Origin: a bacterium
Lineage (GTDB): Bacteria; Oederibacteriota; JAJYGY01; DAIDJD01
Direction of reading: 5' to 3'
Length of the DNA stretch: 64,000 bases
Assembly (NCBI GenBank): GCA_035485275.1
Contig: DATHOE010000024.1
Location: 43,334 to 107,333 of the forward strand
Made by a program: the position numbers and the translations under genes. The number at the start of each line of letters is the position of its first letter. Within the stretch, counting starts at the first letter, position 1. The notes below the pieces were generated by a model. It saw nothing but the letters and a program-made list of their open reading frames with translations. It was not told the origin of the DNA and made no database searches. Positions 47,337 through 59,762 of the stretch are shown here, in pieces.

Positions 47337-47951
47337 TCAGTTTTTCACCTTCAAAGCCAGGATCAAGGTCGCGGCCTTCTGGGAAGGCAGCGCATAGTAG
47401 CGGCCCAGGGGCACCAGGGCGCCCTTGTCGTCATGGCCGTCCCAGCTCAATGCCTGCCAACCTTCGGCGCCGGGGTCTGAAGAAACCGAAAATACGCGCG
47501 TGTTCCGTTTGCCGAAAATGGCCAGGCTGGCCACGCCGTCCGCGCTGCGCCAGCATTTCAGGGTCAGGGGTTTTCCCGAGCTGAGCGAGAAGACCAGGAC
47601 CTTGCCGCTGTCCTCGTGGTGCCGGGGCCTGGGGGCCGCGGCCGTCTCCTGCGCAGGAGCGGCCGTGGGCGCAGGGGCGCTGGTCGCGGCCACGGCCGGC
47701 GCGGGAGCGGCCGGCACCGGGGAGCTGGCCGCGGGCTGGTCCGGGTTGTGGTGCATCAGGGACCAGCAAATCAGGCCCGCCACCACCGCCAGACCCAGGA
47801 CGATGACGCCGTAGGGGCGGCTCGGCTCAGGCTGGGGGGTCGGCAGCGGGGGAGGGGTCGGCGTTGCCAAGGCCAGGGGCTTGGATGTCGTCCGGCGCGG
47901 CGCGCCGCGGCGCGGGGAAGCGGATTTTGAGGGGCGTTTTTTTGCTGCCAT
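47337..47951 (-). CDS. membrane-anchored Pro-rich protein with C-terminal FlgD-Ig-like domain
   Basis: Basic N-terminus, one TM, a Pro/Ala-rich linker, and a C-terminal …WDGHDDKGALVPLGRYY… motif typical of FlgD Ig-like domains. Confidence 0.5.
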   Translation of the reverse strand: MAAKKRPSKSASPRRGAPRRTTSKPLALATPTPPPLPTPQPEPSRPYGVIVLGLAVVAGLICWSLMHHNPDQPAASSPVPAAPAPAVAATSAPAPTAAPAQETAAAPRPRHHEDSGKVLVFSLSSGKPLTLKCWRSADGVASLAIFGKRNTRVFSVSSDPGAEGWQALSWDGHDDKGALVPLGRYYALPSQKAATLILALKVKN

Positions 47952-47964
47952 GGCCGTCTGTCTC

Positions 47965-49176
47965 CTAGTGGATTTGGATGGGTTCCACGCGCGAGAACCA
48001 GGGGGTCATCACGCGCAAGTAATAGGTGCCGGGTGCCAGAGCTTGTCCTTGGTCGTCTGCAGCGTTCAGGAGAAAGTGGACTGTGCCGGGGCCGAAGGCG
48101 CCCGCGGCGAGGGTGCGCGTTGATTTGCCGTCGGGTCCGAAGAGCCGGACGTCGATGTCGGTCCGCCCGGGCATGCCCAGGGCCACGTCCAGGGGGCCCT
48201 GGGGGCCCGATGCCGTGGCGGTCAGCCCGTTGGCGCTGCTCAGGCTGTCCGAGGACAGCGTCAGGCTCGGCTGGATCGCGCCGCTCGCCGCCGAGGGGGA
48301 GAGCCTCTGGCCGGCCGCGGCCTGCGCCAGGACCGGGGTCGGAACCGCCTTGGGGGAGATCAGGGGCGCGGACTGGACCGGCAGTTTCAAGTCCGCCAAC
48401 AGGACGGCCGGCTTCGGGGAGGGCGCGGCCGCCGCGGGACCCGGCGCTTCGTCGGACTCGGCATCCGAATTTGAATCCGTGTCCGCCGGCGAAGCCTGGG
48501 TTTCGGAATCCTTGTTGGAGGCTTCGGAGTCTGCGTCCGGGGCCTGTTCCCGCGTTTCAGCCTCATGCAGGTGTTCCTGCAGGAGGCGCCGCGCCTGGCG
48601 GGACGCGGGGGACTCCCCATGCACGTCATCCGCGTCCGGGTTGGACGCGTCGTCCACGGGCTGGGACAAGGCCGCTTCGACCGGCGGCGTCTGCACCGGG
48701 AATTCAAAGGGAACCGCGTCCGCGCCGAGGGGCCCCGAGCTCGCGGTGGCCGCGGCGGAGGGGGCCGTGGCCGGCTGGCCCATGGACGGGAACAGCGTGC
48801 CCAGCCAGCCGCTGCGGTACAGCGACCAGCCCAGGCCCGAGGCCCCCAGCAGCAGGAGCCCCAGGATCCAGGCGGCCGGTCCGCGGCTTTGGGGGACCTT
48901 GCCCAGCAGGATTTCGCGCGCCAGATCGTCCCCGCCCGTGAGCTGGGACAGCTGGCGGCTGACATGGTCCCTGCGGCATTGAGCCAGCACGGCCTGGACC
49001 ATTCTTTCGCTGGGTTGGGGCGCGCTTTCCAGGGCCAGGGCCTGCAGGGCCTGGTATTGGAACCATCCCGCGCGCAGGGCTTCGTCTTTACGGACCAAGG
49101 CCCGCTGTTCGTCGAGCTGGGGCGCCTTGCCTTTGTCCATGTCCAGGAAGAGCAGGGCTTCGCGCTGGGAGCTCAT
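47965..49176 (-). CDS. anti-sigma factor-like membrane protein with C-terminal FlgD-Ig-like domain
   Basis: 4-nt overlap with the upstream sigma gene; one TM (AAWILGLLLLGASGLGW), an acidic/Ser-rich linker, and a C-terminal …DDQGQALAPGTYYLRV… FlgD-Ig-like motif. Confidence 0.55.
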   Translation of the reverse strand: MSSQREALLFLDMDKGKAPQLDEQRALVRKDEALRAGWFQYQALQALALESAPQPSERMVQAVLAQCRRDHVSRQLSQLTGGDDLAREILLGKVPQSRGPAAWILGLLLLGASGLGWSLYRSGWLGTLFPSMGQPATAPSAAATASSGPLGADAVPFEFPVQTPPVEAALSQPVDDASNPDADDVHGESPASRQARRLLQEHLHEAETREQAPDADSEASNKDSETQASPADTDSNSDAESDEAPGPAAAAPSPKPAVLLADLKLPVQSAPLISPKAVPTPVLAQAAAGQRLSPSAASGAIQPSLTLSSDSLSSANGLTATASGPQGPLDVALGMPGRTDIDVRLFGPDGKSTRTLAAGAFGPGTVHFLLNAADDQGQALAPGTYYLRVMTPWFSRVEPIQIH

Positions 49177-49700
49177 GCCAGCCCTTCGTTCAGGAACCCG
49201 GGGCCCAGGGAGCGGGTCAGGGCCTCGTAGCCCTCGGCGCAGAGCTGGCGCGCCTCGCCCGGGGCCGCGTTGAGGCAGCGTTCGGCTTCCTCAAAGCTGA
49301 CATTGTCGAAATAGCACAGGCACAAGGCCGCGCGCGAACGGAAGGGGACGCCCAAGAGGGCCTGGCGCAGGCGGGCGGAGCGCTGTTCCAGGCTGGACGG
49401 GTCGCCCTTGGCGCGGAACTGGGCGGACGCCTGCGCGGATTTGGCGCACTGGCCCACGGCGAAAGCGAAGGCGGAGGTCACGACCCGTCCCCCGCGGACC
49501 AGCGCGGCGCGTTGGTTCCAGAGTTCCTGGAAGGCCTGCACCCACAATTCCCGCGCCGCCATCTCGTCGCCGCACATGCGCGTGGTGAAGGCGAGCAGGC
49601 GCTGTCCGTGGCGGCGCAGGAAGGCCTCCCAGGCGCCGAGATCATCCTCCAGGGCGGCGGCCACCAATCGTTCGTCGCTGGTGTGGTCGTAAATGGGCAT
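49173..49700 (-). CDS. divergent ECF-like sigma factor
   Basis: Region-2-like (…AWEAFLRRHGQRLLAFTTRM…) and region-4-like (…RSRAALCLCYFDNVSFEEAERCLNAAPGEARQLCAEGYEALTR) segments. Confidence 0.55.
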   Translation of the reverse strand: MPIYDHTSDERLVAAALEDDLGAWEAFLRRHGQRLLAFTTRMCGDEMAARELWVQAFQELWNQRAALVRGGRVVTSAFAFAVGQCAKSAQASAQFRAKGDPSSLEQRSARLRQALLGVPFRSRAALCLCYFDNVSFEEAERCLNAAPGEARQLCAEGYEALTRSLGPGFLNEGLA

Positions 49701-49820
49701 AAGGAAAAGTCAGGCCCCCCTTGGCGCGGAAGCTTACACTGTGTCAAAATGGATCGATATGGATCGGTCTGGCGGCAAGGCGCCGGAAGACTGGAAATTT
49801 ATTCTAGCATAGAAAAAATA

Positions 49821-50246
49821 ATGAAAGAACTGTCCAAGATCATCATCGTTTTTGTCGCCGCTTTTTCGGCCGGTTTCGCGTTCCAGGGCGTGCTGGCGAC
49901 GACCTTCAGGAAAGCCCGCACCGCCGTGTTCCTGGCCGAGGCCGACGGCCAGGTCCAGGGTCTGCGCCTCAAGGTCGCGGACTTCAAGCGGCGCGAGGGG
50001 CGTTTCCCCAAGGACATCCCCGAGATGGTGGCGCAGGGCTTCTGGTCCCCGGCCCAGCCCCCCTGCGAACGCCTGCGCGGCTGCGCCGACTGGGTCACGG
50101 CCTACGACGGCGAAGGCGGCTTCCTCTATCTCTCCGCCACGGGGCAGATTTATCTGAACACGGACCTGACCCGTGAGAAGCTCAGGTCCGCCGATATCCA
50201 CAAGCTGGAGACCGGCGACCTGGTGCCCCCTGGAACCTTTTTCTGA
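49821..50246 (+). CDS. hypothetical exported/membrane-anchored protein (141 aa)
   Basis: ATG after an AT-rich stretch; N-terminal hydrophobic [21 protein letters not shown]; no family recognised. Confidence 0.5.
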   Translation: MKELSKIIIVFVAAFSAGFAFQGVLATTFRKARTAVFLAEADGQVQGLRLKVADFKRREGRFPKDIPEMVAQGFWSPAQPPCERLRGCADWVTAYDGEGGFLYLSATGQIYLNTDLTREKLRSADIHKLETGDLVPPGTFF

Positions 50247-50256
50247 CCCAAGGACT

Positions 50257-53967
<3,711 letters not shown>

Positions 53968-53982
53968 CACAGGGGGGACGGC

Positions 53983-54438
53983 GTGAAGCTCAACGAGAAA
54001 CCGAAGATCCTGGCCTGGCCCGCGACCCACTACGTGTTCATCGAAAAGAAGGGCCCCTTCCACAAGACCGCTCCGCTGGCATGGGGCAAGCTGCACCAGG
54101 CCGTCCCCAACATCCTGGAGAACAACAGGATCACGGGCTACCTGGCCATGTACAAGGCCGAGGCCGGCGTCTACCGCGCCGGGGTTTCGCTCTCCGCGCC
54201 GGGCAGGAAGCTGCCCGCGGGCTTCAAGTCCACGAAATTCAAGGGCGGCAAGTACTCCTGCTTCGTGCTGAAGGGCCCCTATTCCGACCTGCCCGAGGCC
54301 TGCGGCCGGGTCTTTGAGATCGTCGAGAAAAAGCCCATCAAGATGCGCAAGGATTTCTGCATCGAGCACTACAAGACCGACCCCCGCGTGACGCCCGAGG
54401 ACAAGACCGTCACGGAGATATTGATCCCCACGGCCTAG
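53983..54438 (+). CDS. GyrI-like small-molecule-binding domain protein
   Basis: About 150 aa with the GyrI/AraC-effector-binding fold pattern; GTG start. Confidence 0.65.
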   Translation: MKLNEKPKILAWPATHYVFIEKKGPFHKTAPLAWGKLHQAVPNILENNRITGYLAMYKAEAGVYRAGVSLSAPGRKLPAGFKSTKFKGGKYSCFVLKGPYSDLPEACGRVFEIVEKKPIKMRKDFCIEHYKTDPRVTPEDKTVTEILIPTA

Positions 54439-54540
54439 ACGGCGCGGGCGGCCGGGCCGATTGTCCGCAACAGGTTCAGTGGTGTAGGATTCGAGCCCTG
54501 CCGAGGCGGAGTCCGCCTCAGGTCCACAAGGGAAGCGACC

Positions 54541-54804
54541 ATGCCCGTCAGCATCCACAAGCCCACGCTCGCCGAACGCGAAGAGGCCTCGGCCTGGCCC
54601 ATCTGGACCTGCGAGCCCAGCGTGTTCGAGTGGGGCTACGCCGCCACCGAGCGCTGCCTCCTTTTGGAGGGCGAGGCCGTGGTCGAGGCGCGCGGCAGGG
54701 AATTCAGCTTCGGCGCCGGGGACTACGTGGTCTTCCCCAAGGGACTGGCCTGCCGCTGGCGGGTGACGAAGGCCATACGCAAGCATTACACGTTCGAGGA
54801 ATAA
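54541..54804 (+). CDS. cupin_3 (DUF861) small cupin protein
   Basis: 87 aa, …CLLLEGEAVVEARGREFSFGAGDYVVFPKGLACRWRV… cupin barrel pattern; RBS AAGGGAAG. Confidence 0.7.
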   Translation: MPVSIHKPTLAEREEASAWPIWTCEPSVFEWGYAATERCLLLEGEAVVEARGREFSFGAGDYVVFPKGLACRWRVTKAIRKHYTFEE

Positions 54805-54807
54805 GCC

Positions 54808-55698
54808 ATGACCCTCATCCCCTCCGCCGTCTTCAAAGCCTACGGACGCAAACCGGACTGGCTGCGCGCGCAGCTGCCCGGGGGCGAGGGCTATGAGGAG
54901 ACCCGCCGCAAGGTCAAGGGCCTGGACCTGCACACGGTCTGCGAGGAGGCCCAGTGCCCCAACCTGGGCGAATGCTGGAGCCGGGGCACGGCCACCATCA
55001 TGATCCTGGGCGACACCTGCACGCGGGCCTGCGGCTTCTGCGCGGTCAAGAGCGGCCGGCCCACGGAGCTCGACGAGGCCGAGCCCGAGCGGGTGGCCGA
55101 AAGCGTGCGCCGGCTCGGCCTGAAGCACGTGGTCATCACCAGCGTGGCCCGCGACGAGCTCTCCGACGGCGGATCCGGCATCTGGGCCCGCACCATCAGC
55201 CTGACCAAGGCGGCCGCGCCGCGCACCAGCATCGAGGTGCTGATCCCGGACTTCCTGGGCAAGCAGGACTGCTGGCAGCGCATCTTCGACGCCCGGCCCG
55301 ACATCCTGAACCACAACACCGAGACCGTGCCGCGCCTGGCGCCCACGGTGCGCAGCGTGGCCCGCTGGGACCGGAGCCTGGCCCTGCTCCAGGCCGCGCA
55401 CGCCGCGGGCCTGGCCACCAAGAGCGGCCTCATGCTGGGCCTGGGCGAGACCGGGCCCGAGGTGGAGGAGACCTTAAAGGAGTTGCGCGGGGCCGGCGTC
55501 AGCATCATCACCCTGGGGCAGTACCTCCAGCCCACGCCCGCGCACCTGCCCGTGGCGGAGTTCATCCATCCCGGCAAATTCAAGGAATGGAAGGACTGGG
55601 GCCTGGCCCTGGGCTTCAGGGTGGTGGAAAGCGGCCCCCTGGTGCGCTCCAGTTACCACGCCGAAGAACAGGCCCTGAGGCTGGCGGAAACCGCGTGA
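54808..55698 (+). CDS. lipA: lipoyl synthase
   Basis: Auxiliary cluster CEEAQCPNLGEC and radical-SAM CTRACGFC motifs. Confidence 0.9.
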   Translation: MTLIPSAVFKAYGRKPDWLRAQLPGGEGYEETRRKVKGLDLHTVCEEAQCPNLGECWSRGTATIMILGDTCTRACGFCAVKSGRPTELDEAEPERVAESVRRLGLKHVVITSVARDELSDGGSGIWARTISLTKAAAPRTSIEVLIPDFLGKQDCWQRIFDARPDILNHNTETVPRLAPTVRSVARWDRSLALLQAAHAAGLATKSGLMLGLGETGPEVEETLKELRGAGVSIITLGQYLQPTPAHLPVAEFIHPGKFKEWKDWGLALGFRVVESGPLVRSSYHAEEQALRLAETA

Positions 55699-55726
55699 AG
55701 GCAGGCTCCGCGAACCTGGGACGGGC

Positions 55727-56737
55727 ATGCCGAAGCTGAGCGTCTCGGCCTGGCTGGCCCCCGACGACGCGGCCGCGCTGGCGTCCTTGAAGGACCACGC
55801 CGGCCTGCTGTCCAGGCTCTATCCCCAATGGTATTGGTGCGGACCCGAGGGCATGCCCTTGCGCCGCACGGACGCCGGGCCCGAGGCGCGGCAAAAGGTC
55901 CTAAAGTTGGCGCGCGGGGGCGGGCTGGAGCTTTGGCCCCACCTCTGCGTCCAGCCCTTGGCCGGCCCCGGGCCGGAACCGCAAGGCGACAGGGGCGTGG
56001 GGCTTCAACGGATCCTGTTCGACGCCGCCTCCCGCCGGGCCCACGCCGCGGAAGTGCTGCGTTTGGTCCGTGAGGACGGCGTCCAGGGCGTGGACCTGGA
56101 CTATGGAAGGCTTCCGGACGCGGCCCGCGAGCCCTTCAAGGCCCTTGTCTCCGAGATCTGTTCGCTGTTCCATGCGGCGGGCCTGAAGGTCGGGGTCGTC
56201 GCGCAGGCGCGCACAGGGCAGCTCGGGGCCCGCTCCGCCTTGGAGGCCGGGGACGACGCGCCCTTGGCCTGGGCTTCGGTCTGCGACGCGCTCCAGATCA
56301 TGGCGCGCTATCCCGGCCTGGGCCAGGCGGGTCCCGCGCGGCCGGGTCCCCTGGCCCCGCCGGACTGGTGCTGGGAGGTGCTGGGACGCGTCGGGCTCCT
56401 GGCGCCGGTGGAACGGATCGAATGGGCACTGCCCGGCGGCGGCGGCGATTGGGGTCCCGACGGCGCGGCCAAGGGCCTCCCCTGGGACGCTTGGGCCGCC
56501 CTGGCCAGGGCCCATCCGCCCGAACGCCGCGACGCCCGCACGGCCGAATTGACGCTCGCCTATGAAGGCCGCGAAGCCTGGACCAACGACGCCATCAGCC
56601 TGACCGCCAAATTGTGGAAGCTGCGCCTCCACGGCGTGACCCAGGTGGCCCTCTGGGGCCTGGGCGCCGAGGACCCGCGCGTGTGGGCCCTGGTGGACAG
56701 CCTGCCCGGGGATTTCCTGGGAACGGAGCAACAGTGA
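55727..56737 (+). CDS. GH18-like (chitinase-fold) protein with degenerate catalytic motif
   Basis: …REDGVQGVDLDYGRLP… occupies the position of the GH18 DGxDxDWE signature, but the first Asp is Gln and the catalytic Glu is Gly. Confidence 0.5.
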   Translation: MPKLSVSAWLAPDDAAALASLKDHAGLLSRLYPQWYWCGPEGMPLRRTDAGPEARQKVLKLARGGGLELWPHLCVQPLAGPGPEPQGDRGVGLQRILFDAASRRAHAAEVLRLVREDGVQGVDLDYGRLPDAAREPFKALVSEICSLFHAAGLKVGVVAQARTGQLGARSALEAGDDAPLAWASVCDALQIMARYPGLGQAGPARPGPLAPPDWCWEVLGRVGLLAPVERIEWALPGGGGDWGPDGAAKGLPWDAWAALARAHPPERRDARTAELTLAYEGREAWTNDAISLTAKLWKLRLHGVTQVALWGLGAEDPRVWALVDSLPGDFLGTEQQ

Positions 56738-57588
56738 ACGCCAAAAAAATCAAGGATCTCGCCCTGGCCCTGGCCCTGCGCGCCGGCGAGCTCCAGGCCC
56801 GTAAATTTCGCAAGCGCTTGGACATCCGCTGGAAGCAGGCCACCGATCCCGTGACCGAGGTGGATAGGGCCTGCGAACGGCTGATCGTGGCGGGCATACG
56901 CCGCGCCTTCCCCGACCACGCCATCGTGGGCGAGGAGGGCGGCGCCCAGGGCCGCGCCGCGGCCGGCGCCCCCTTCACCTGGTTCATCGACCCGCTCGAC
57001 GGCACCGTGAACTACAGCCACGGCCTGCCCATGTTCGCGGTCAGCATCGGGGTCTGGGGGCACGGCCTCAAAGCCCCCTCCGCCCGCCTGCGGGACGCGG
57101 CGGTCGGCGCGCCCCTGGTCGGCGTGGTGCACGCGCCCCTGCTGGGCGAGACCTTCAGCGCGGTGCGGGGCCAGGGCGCCTTCTGCAACGGGCGCCGCAT
57201 CCGCGTCTCCGCGCAGTCCAAGCCCCTGGAGGCCGTGCTGGCCAGCGGCTTCAGCTACACCGCCCGCGAGAACGGCGAGAACTCCCGCGAATGGATGGAG
57301 ATGGTGCGCAGCTTCCAGGCCCTGCGCCGCATGGGCTCCGCCGCCCTGGACCTCTGCTTCACGGCCGCGGGCCGCTTCGACGGCTTCTGGGAGTACGGCC
57401 TCAAGTCCTGGGACGTGGCCGCGGCGGGCCTGGTGCTGGAGGAGGCCGGCGGCCTCATCACGAACATCCCCGGCGCGGCCTATGCGCTGGGCAAGCCCGG
57501 CATCGTGGCCAGCAACCGCCGGCTCCACAAGCCCCTGCTGGCCTCCCTGAAAAAGGGCCTGGCCCGCAAGCTGGTCTGGCCCGCCTGA
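56734..57588 (+). CDS. suhB: inositol monophosphatase family protein (SuhB-like)
   Basis: GTG start overlapping the preceding stop (GTGA). IMPase motifs …HAIVGEEGG… and WFIDPLDGTVNYSHGLP, plus C-terminal WDVAAGLVLEEAGG. Confidence 0.85.
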   Translation: MNAKKIKDLALALALRAGELQARKFRKRLDIRWKQATDPVTEVDRACERLIVAGIRRAFPDHAIVGEEGGAQGRAAAGAPFTWFIDPLDGTVNYSHGLPMFAVSIGVWGHGLKAPSARLRDAAVGAPLVGVVHAPLLGETFSAVRGQGAFCNGRRIRVSAQSKPLEAVLASGFSYTARENGENSREWMEMVRSFQALRRMGSAALDLCFTAAGRFDGFWEYGLKSWDVAAAGLVLEEAGGLITNIPGAAYALGKPGIVASNRRLHKPLLASLKKGLARKLVWPA

Positions 57589-57677
57589 GGCCCCGGACGG
57601 CTTGAACTATCCCGCGCCAGGCCGTATGGTTTGATCCCTTTATAGCGTTTTTCGCGCCTTCGTCTCCTCAAGATCCC

Positions 57678-59618
57678 ATGCCCCTGGTCACCTTCTCAAA
57701 AGTCTCCAAGTTCTACGGCGCCCGCGACATCGTCGAGCAGGCCAACTGGGCCATCGAGGACGGCCGCCGCATCGGGCTCATCGGCAACAACGGGGCCGGC
57801 AAGACCACTCTGTTCAAGATGCTCCTGGGCGAGGAGGAGGCCACCACCGGCGACATCTCCCGCCAGAAGGGCCTGAGCGTCGGCCACCTGAGCCAGCACC
57901 CCAAGTTCACGCCCGGGCACAGCCTGCACGCCGAGATGCTCACCGCGCACCCCGAGCTGGTGGACCTCGAGTCGGAGATGAAGCGCCTGGAGCACGAGAT
58001 GGCGGACCCGGCCGTGTCCGCGGACACGGACCGGCTCGACAAGGTCATGCACCGCTATTCCGACGTCCAGAGCCGCTACGCCGCCATGGACGGCTACGCC
58101 TACGAAAGCAGGGCCGAAGGGGTCCTGGAGGCCATGCACTTCAGCCGCGCCGACTTCGAGCGGGACGTGGCCAGCTTCTCGGGTGGCGAGAAGACCCGCC
58201 TCATGCTGGCCAAGCTGCTCATCAGCCAGCCCAAGCTGCTGCTCCTGGACGAGCCCACCAACCACCTCGACACGGGCATGTGCGAATGGCTGGAGGACTT
58301 CCTCAAGGACTATCCCGGCACGCTGGTCTGCATCAGCCACGACCGCTACTTCCTCGACAACGTGGTCACCGAGATCGTGGAGCTGAAGGACGCCCGGCTG
58401 AAGGTCTATCCGGGCAACTACAGCTTCTACAAGGAGAACAAGGACAAGCAGCAGGAGCTGGCCGCCAAGGCCCTGGAGGAGCAGAACGCCCTGATCGCCC
58501 GCACCGAGGACTTCATCCAGCGCAACATCGCGGGCCAGAACACCAAGCAGGCCCAGGCGCGGCGCAAGATGCTGGAGAAGCTGGAGCGCGTGGAGGGCCC
58601 CGAGCGCAAGGCCCGCGGCATGGCCTTCGCCATCAACCAGAAAAAGGCCTCGGGCAAGGAAGTGGCCGTGTTCGACGGCCTGTCCAAGTCCTTCGGCGAG
58701 CGCAGCATCCTGAAGCCCTTCACCCACACCCTCTACCGAAACTCGCGGGTCGGCCTGATCGGCCCCAACGGCGCGGGCAAGACCACCCTGCTGAAGGTCC
58801 TGGTCGGCCGCGAGCCGGCCAGCGGCGGCCGGACCGTGATGGGCTCGGGCGTGGACCTGGGCTACTACGACCAGATGCAGAGCGACCTGTCCGAGAAGAA
58901 CTCGGTGATGGAGGAGATCTGGACCCTGCTGCCCGGCGAGGGCCAGCAGACCATCCGCGGCGTGGGCGGGCGCTTCCTGTTCAGCGGCGACGACATCGAC
59001 AAGAAGATCAGCAGCCTGTCCGGCGGCGAAAAGGCCCGCCTGGTCCTGGCCAAGCTCATGATCAAGGGACCCAACTTCCTGGTCATGGACGAGCCCACCA
59101 ACCACCTGGACATCCTCAGCCGCGAAGTGGTGGAGGAGGCCCTGGACGAGTTCGAGGGCACCCTGCTGACGGTCAGCCATGACCGCTATTTCCTGGACCG
59201 GGAATGCGACCAGATCTGGGAGCTGTCCGACTCCTCCATCCAGATGTACGAAGGCAACTATTCGGCCTACCGCGAGGAGAAGCGCCGCCGGGACAAGGAG
59301 GCCTCCTCGGCCAAGCCAGCGGCCAAGCCGGTGAAAAGGGAGCTCGAAGCGCCCAGCACGGCCCAGGCCGAACGCGGGCAGGCCAAGGACGCCCAGAAGC
59401 GCTCCCGCGAGCTGGCCCGGCGCCAGGAGGAGCTCGAGCAGGGCATCGCGGCCCTGGAAAAGGAAAAATTGTCCATCGAGGACCAGTTCATGGACCCCAA
59501 TTTGGTGCAGCGTCCGGACAAGATGAGGGCCTTGAGCGAGCGCCTGACCAAGGTCAAAGACGAGCTTGAAGCGGGCTTCGACAAATGGCAGGAATTGGAA
59601 CAAAGAAAAGGGGCCTAA
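57678..59618 (+). CDS. ABC-F family ATPase (EttA/Uup-like translation factor type)
   Basis: Two ABC cassettes (GNNGAGKTTL / GPNGAGKTTL; LSGGEKTR / LSGGEKAR) separated by a charged linker, plus a C-terminal coiled-coil extension. Confidence 0.9.
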   Translation: MPLVTFSKVSKFYGARDIVEQANWAIEDGRRIGLIGNNGAGKTTLFKMLLGEEEATTGDISRQKGLSVGHLSQHPKFTPGHSLHAEMLTAHPELVDLESEMKRLEHEMADPAVSADTDRLDKVMHRYSDVQSRYAAMDGYAYESRAEGVLEAMHFSRADFERDVASFSGGEKTRLMLAKLLISQPKLLLLDEPTNHLDTGMCEWLEDFLKDYPGTLVCISHDRYFLDNVVTEIVELKDARLKVYPGNYSFYKENKDKQQELAAKALEEQNALIARTEDFIQRNIAGQNTKQAQARRKMLEKLERVEGPERKARGMAFAINQKKASGKEVAVFDGLSKSFGERSILKPFTHTLYRNSRVGLIGPNGAGKTTLLKVLVGREPASGGRTVMGSGVDLGYYDQMQSDLSEKNSVMEEIWTLLPGEGQQTIRGVGGRFLFSGDDIDKKISSLSGGEKARLVLAKLMIKGPNFLVMDEPTNHLDILSREVVEEALDEFEGTLLTVSHDRYFLDRECDQIWELSDSSIQMYEGNYSAYREEKRRRDKEASSAKPAAKPVKRELEAPSTAQAERGQAKDAQKRSRELARRQEELEQGIAALEKEKLSIEDQFMDPNLVQRPDKMRALSERLTKVKDELEAGFDKWQELEQRKGA

Positions 59619-59703
59619 AAAAGGGGAAAATCCTTGTCTTTTATGGGTAAAAAAAGAAACACTTAGTTTCCATTTTCTTACCATGAAAAACGAATCTTTG
59701 CCG

Positions 59704-59730
59704 GGAACCTGACATACTATGGGTGCGTAA
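59704..59730 (+). promoter_or_regulatory. candidate ECF-type promoter GGAAC-N17-CGTAA upstream of the OM-protein gene
   Basis: Motif read directly from the sequence about 30 nt upstream of ATG 59763 in an AT-rich intergenic region; two ECF sigma genes are encoded in the window. Confidence 0.3.
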
Positions 59731-59762
59731 TTTACAGGGATTCCCGCTCTAGGAAGCCTCCC

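Noticed and set aside
54460-54525. tRNA-like impression (GGTTCAGTGGTGTAGGATTCGAGCCCTG) and a tight hairpin GAGGCGG-AGT-CCGCCTC (54503-54519) between the GyrI-like and cupin genes
   Set aside because: No consistent cloverleaf could be built (no 7-bp acceptor stem, T-arm GGATTCGAG does not pair). The hairpin has no U-tract, so not called as a terminator; it may be a stabilising stem or attenuator of unknown significance.
57696-59684. 662-aa minus-strand ORF antisense to the ABC-F gene
   Set aside because: Shadow ORF.
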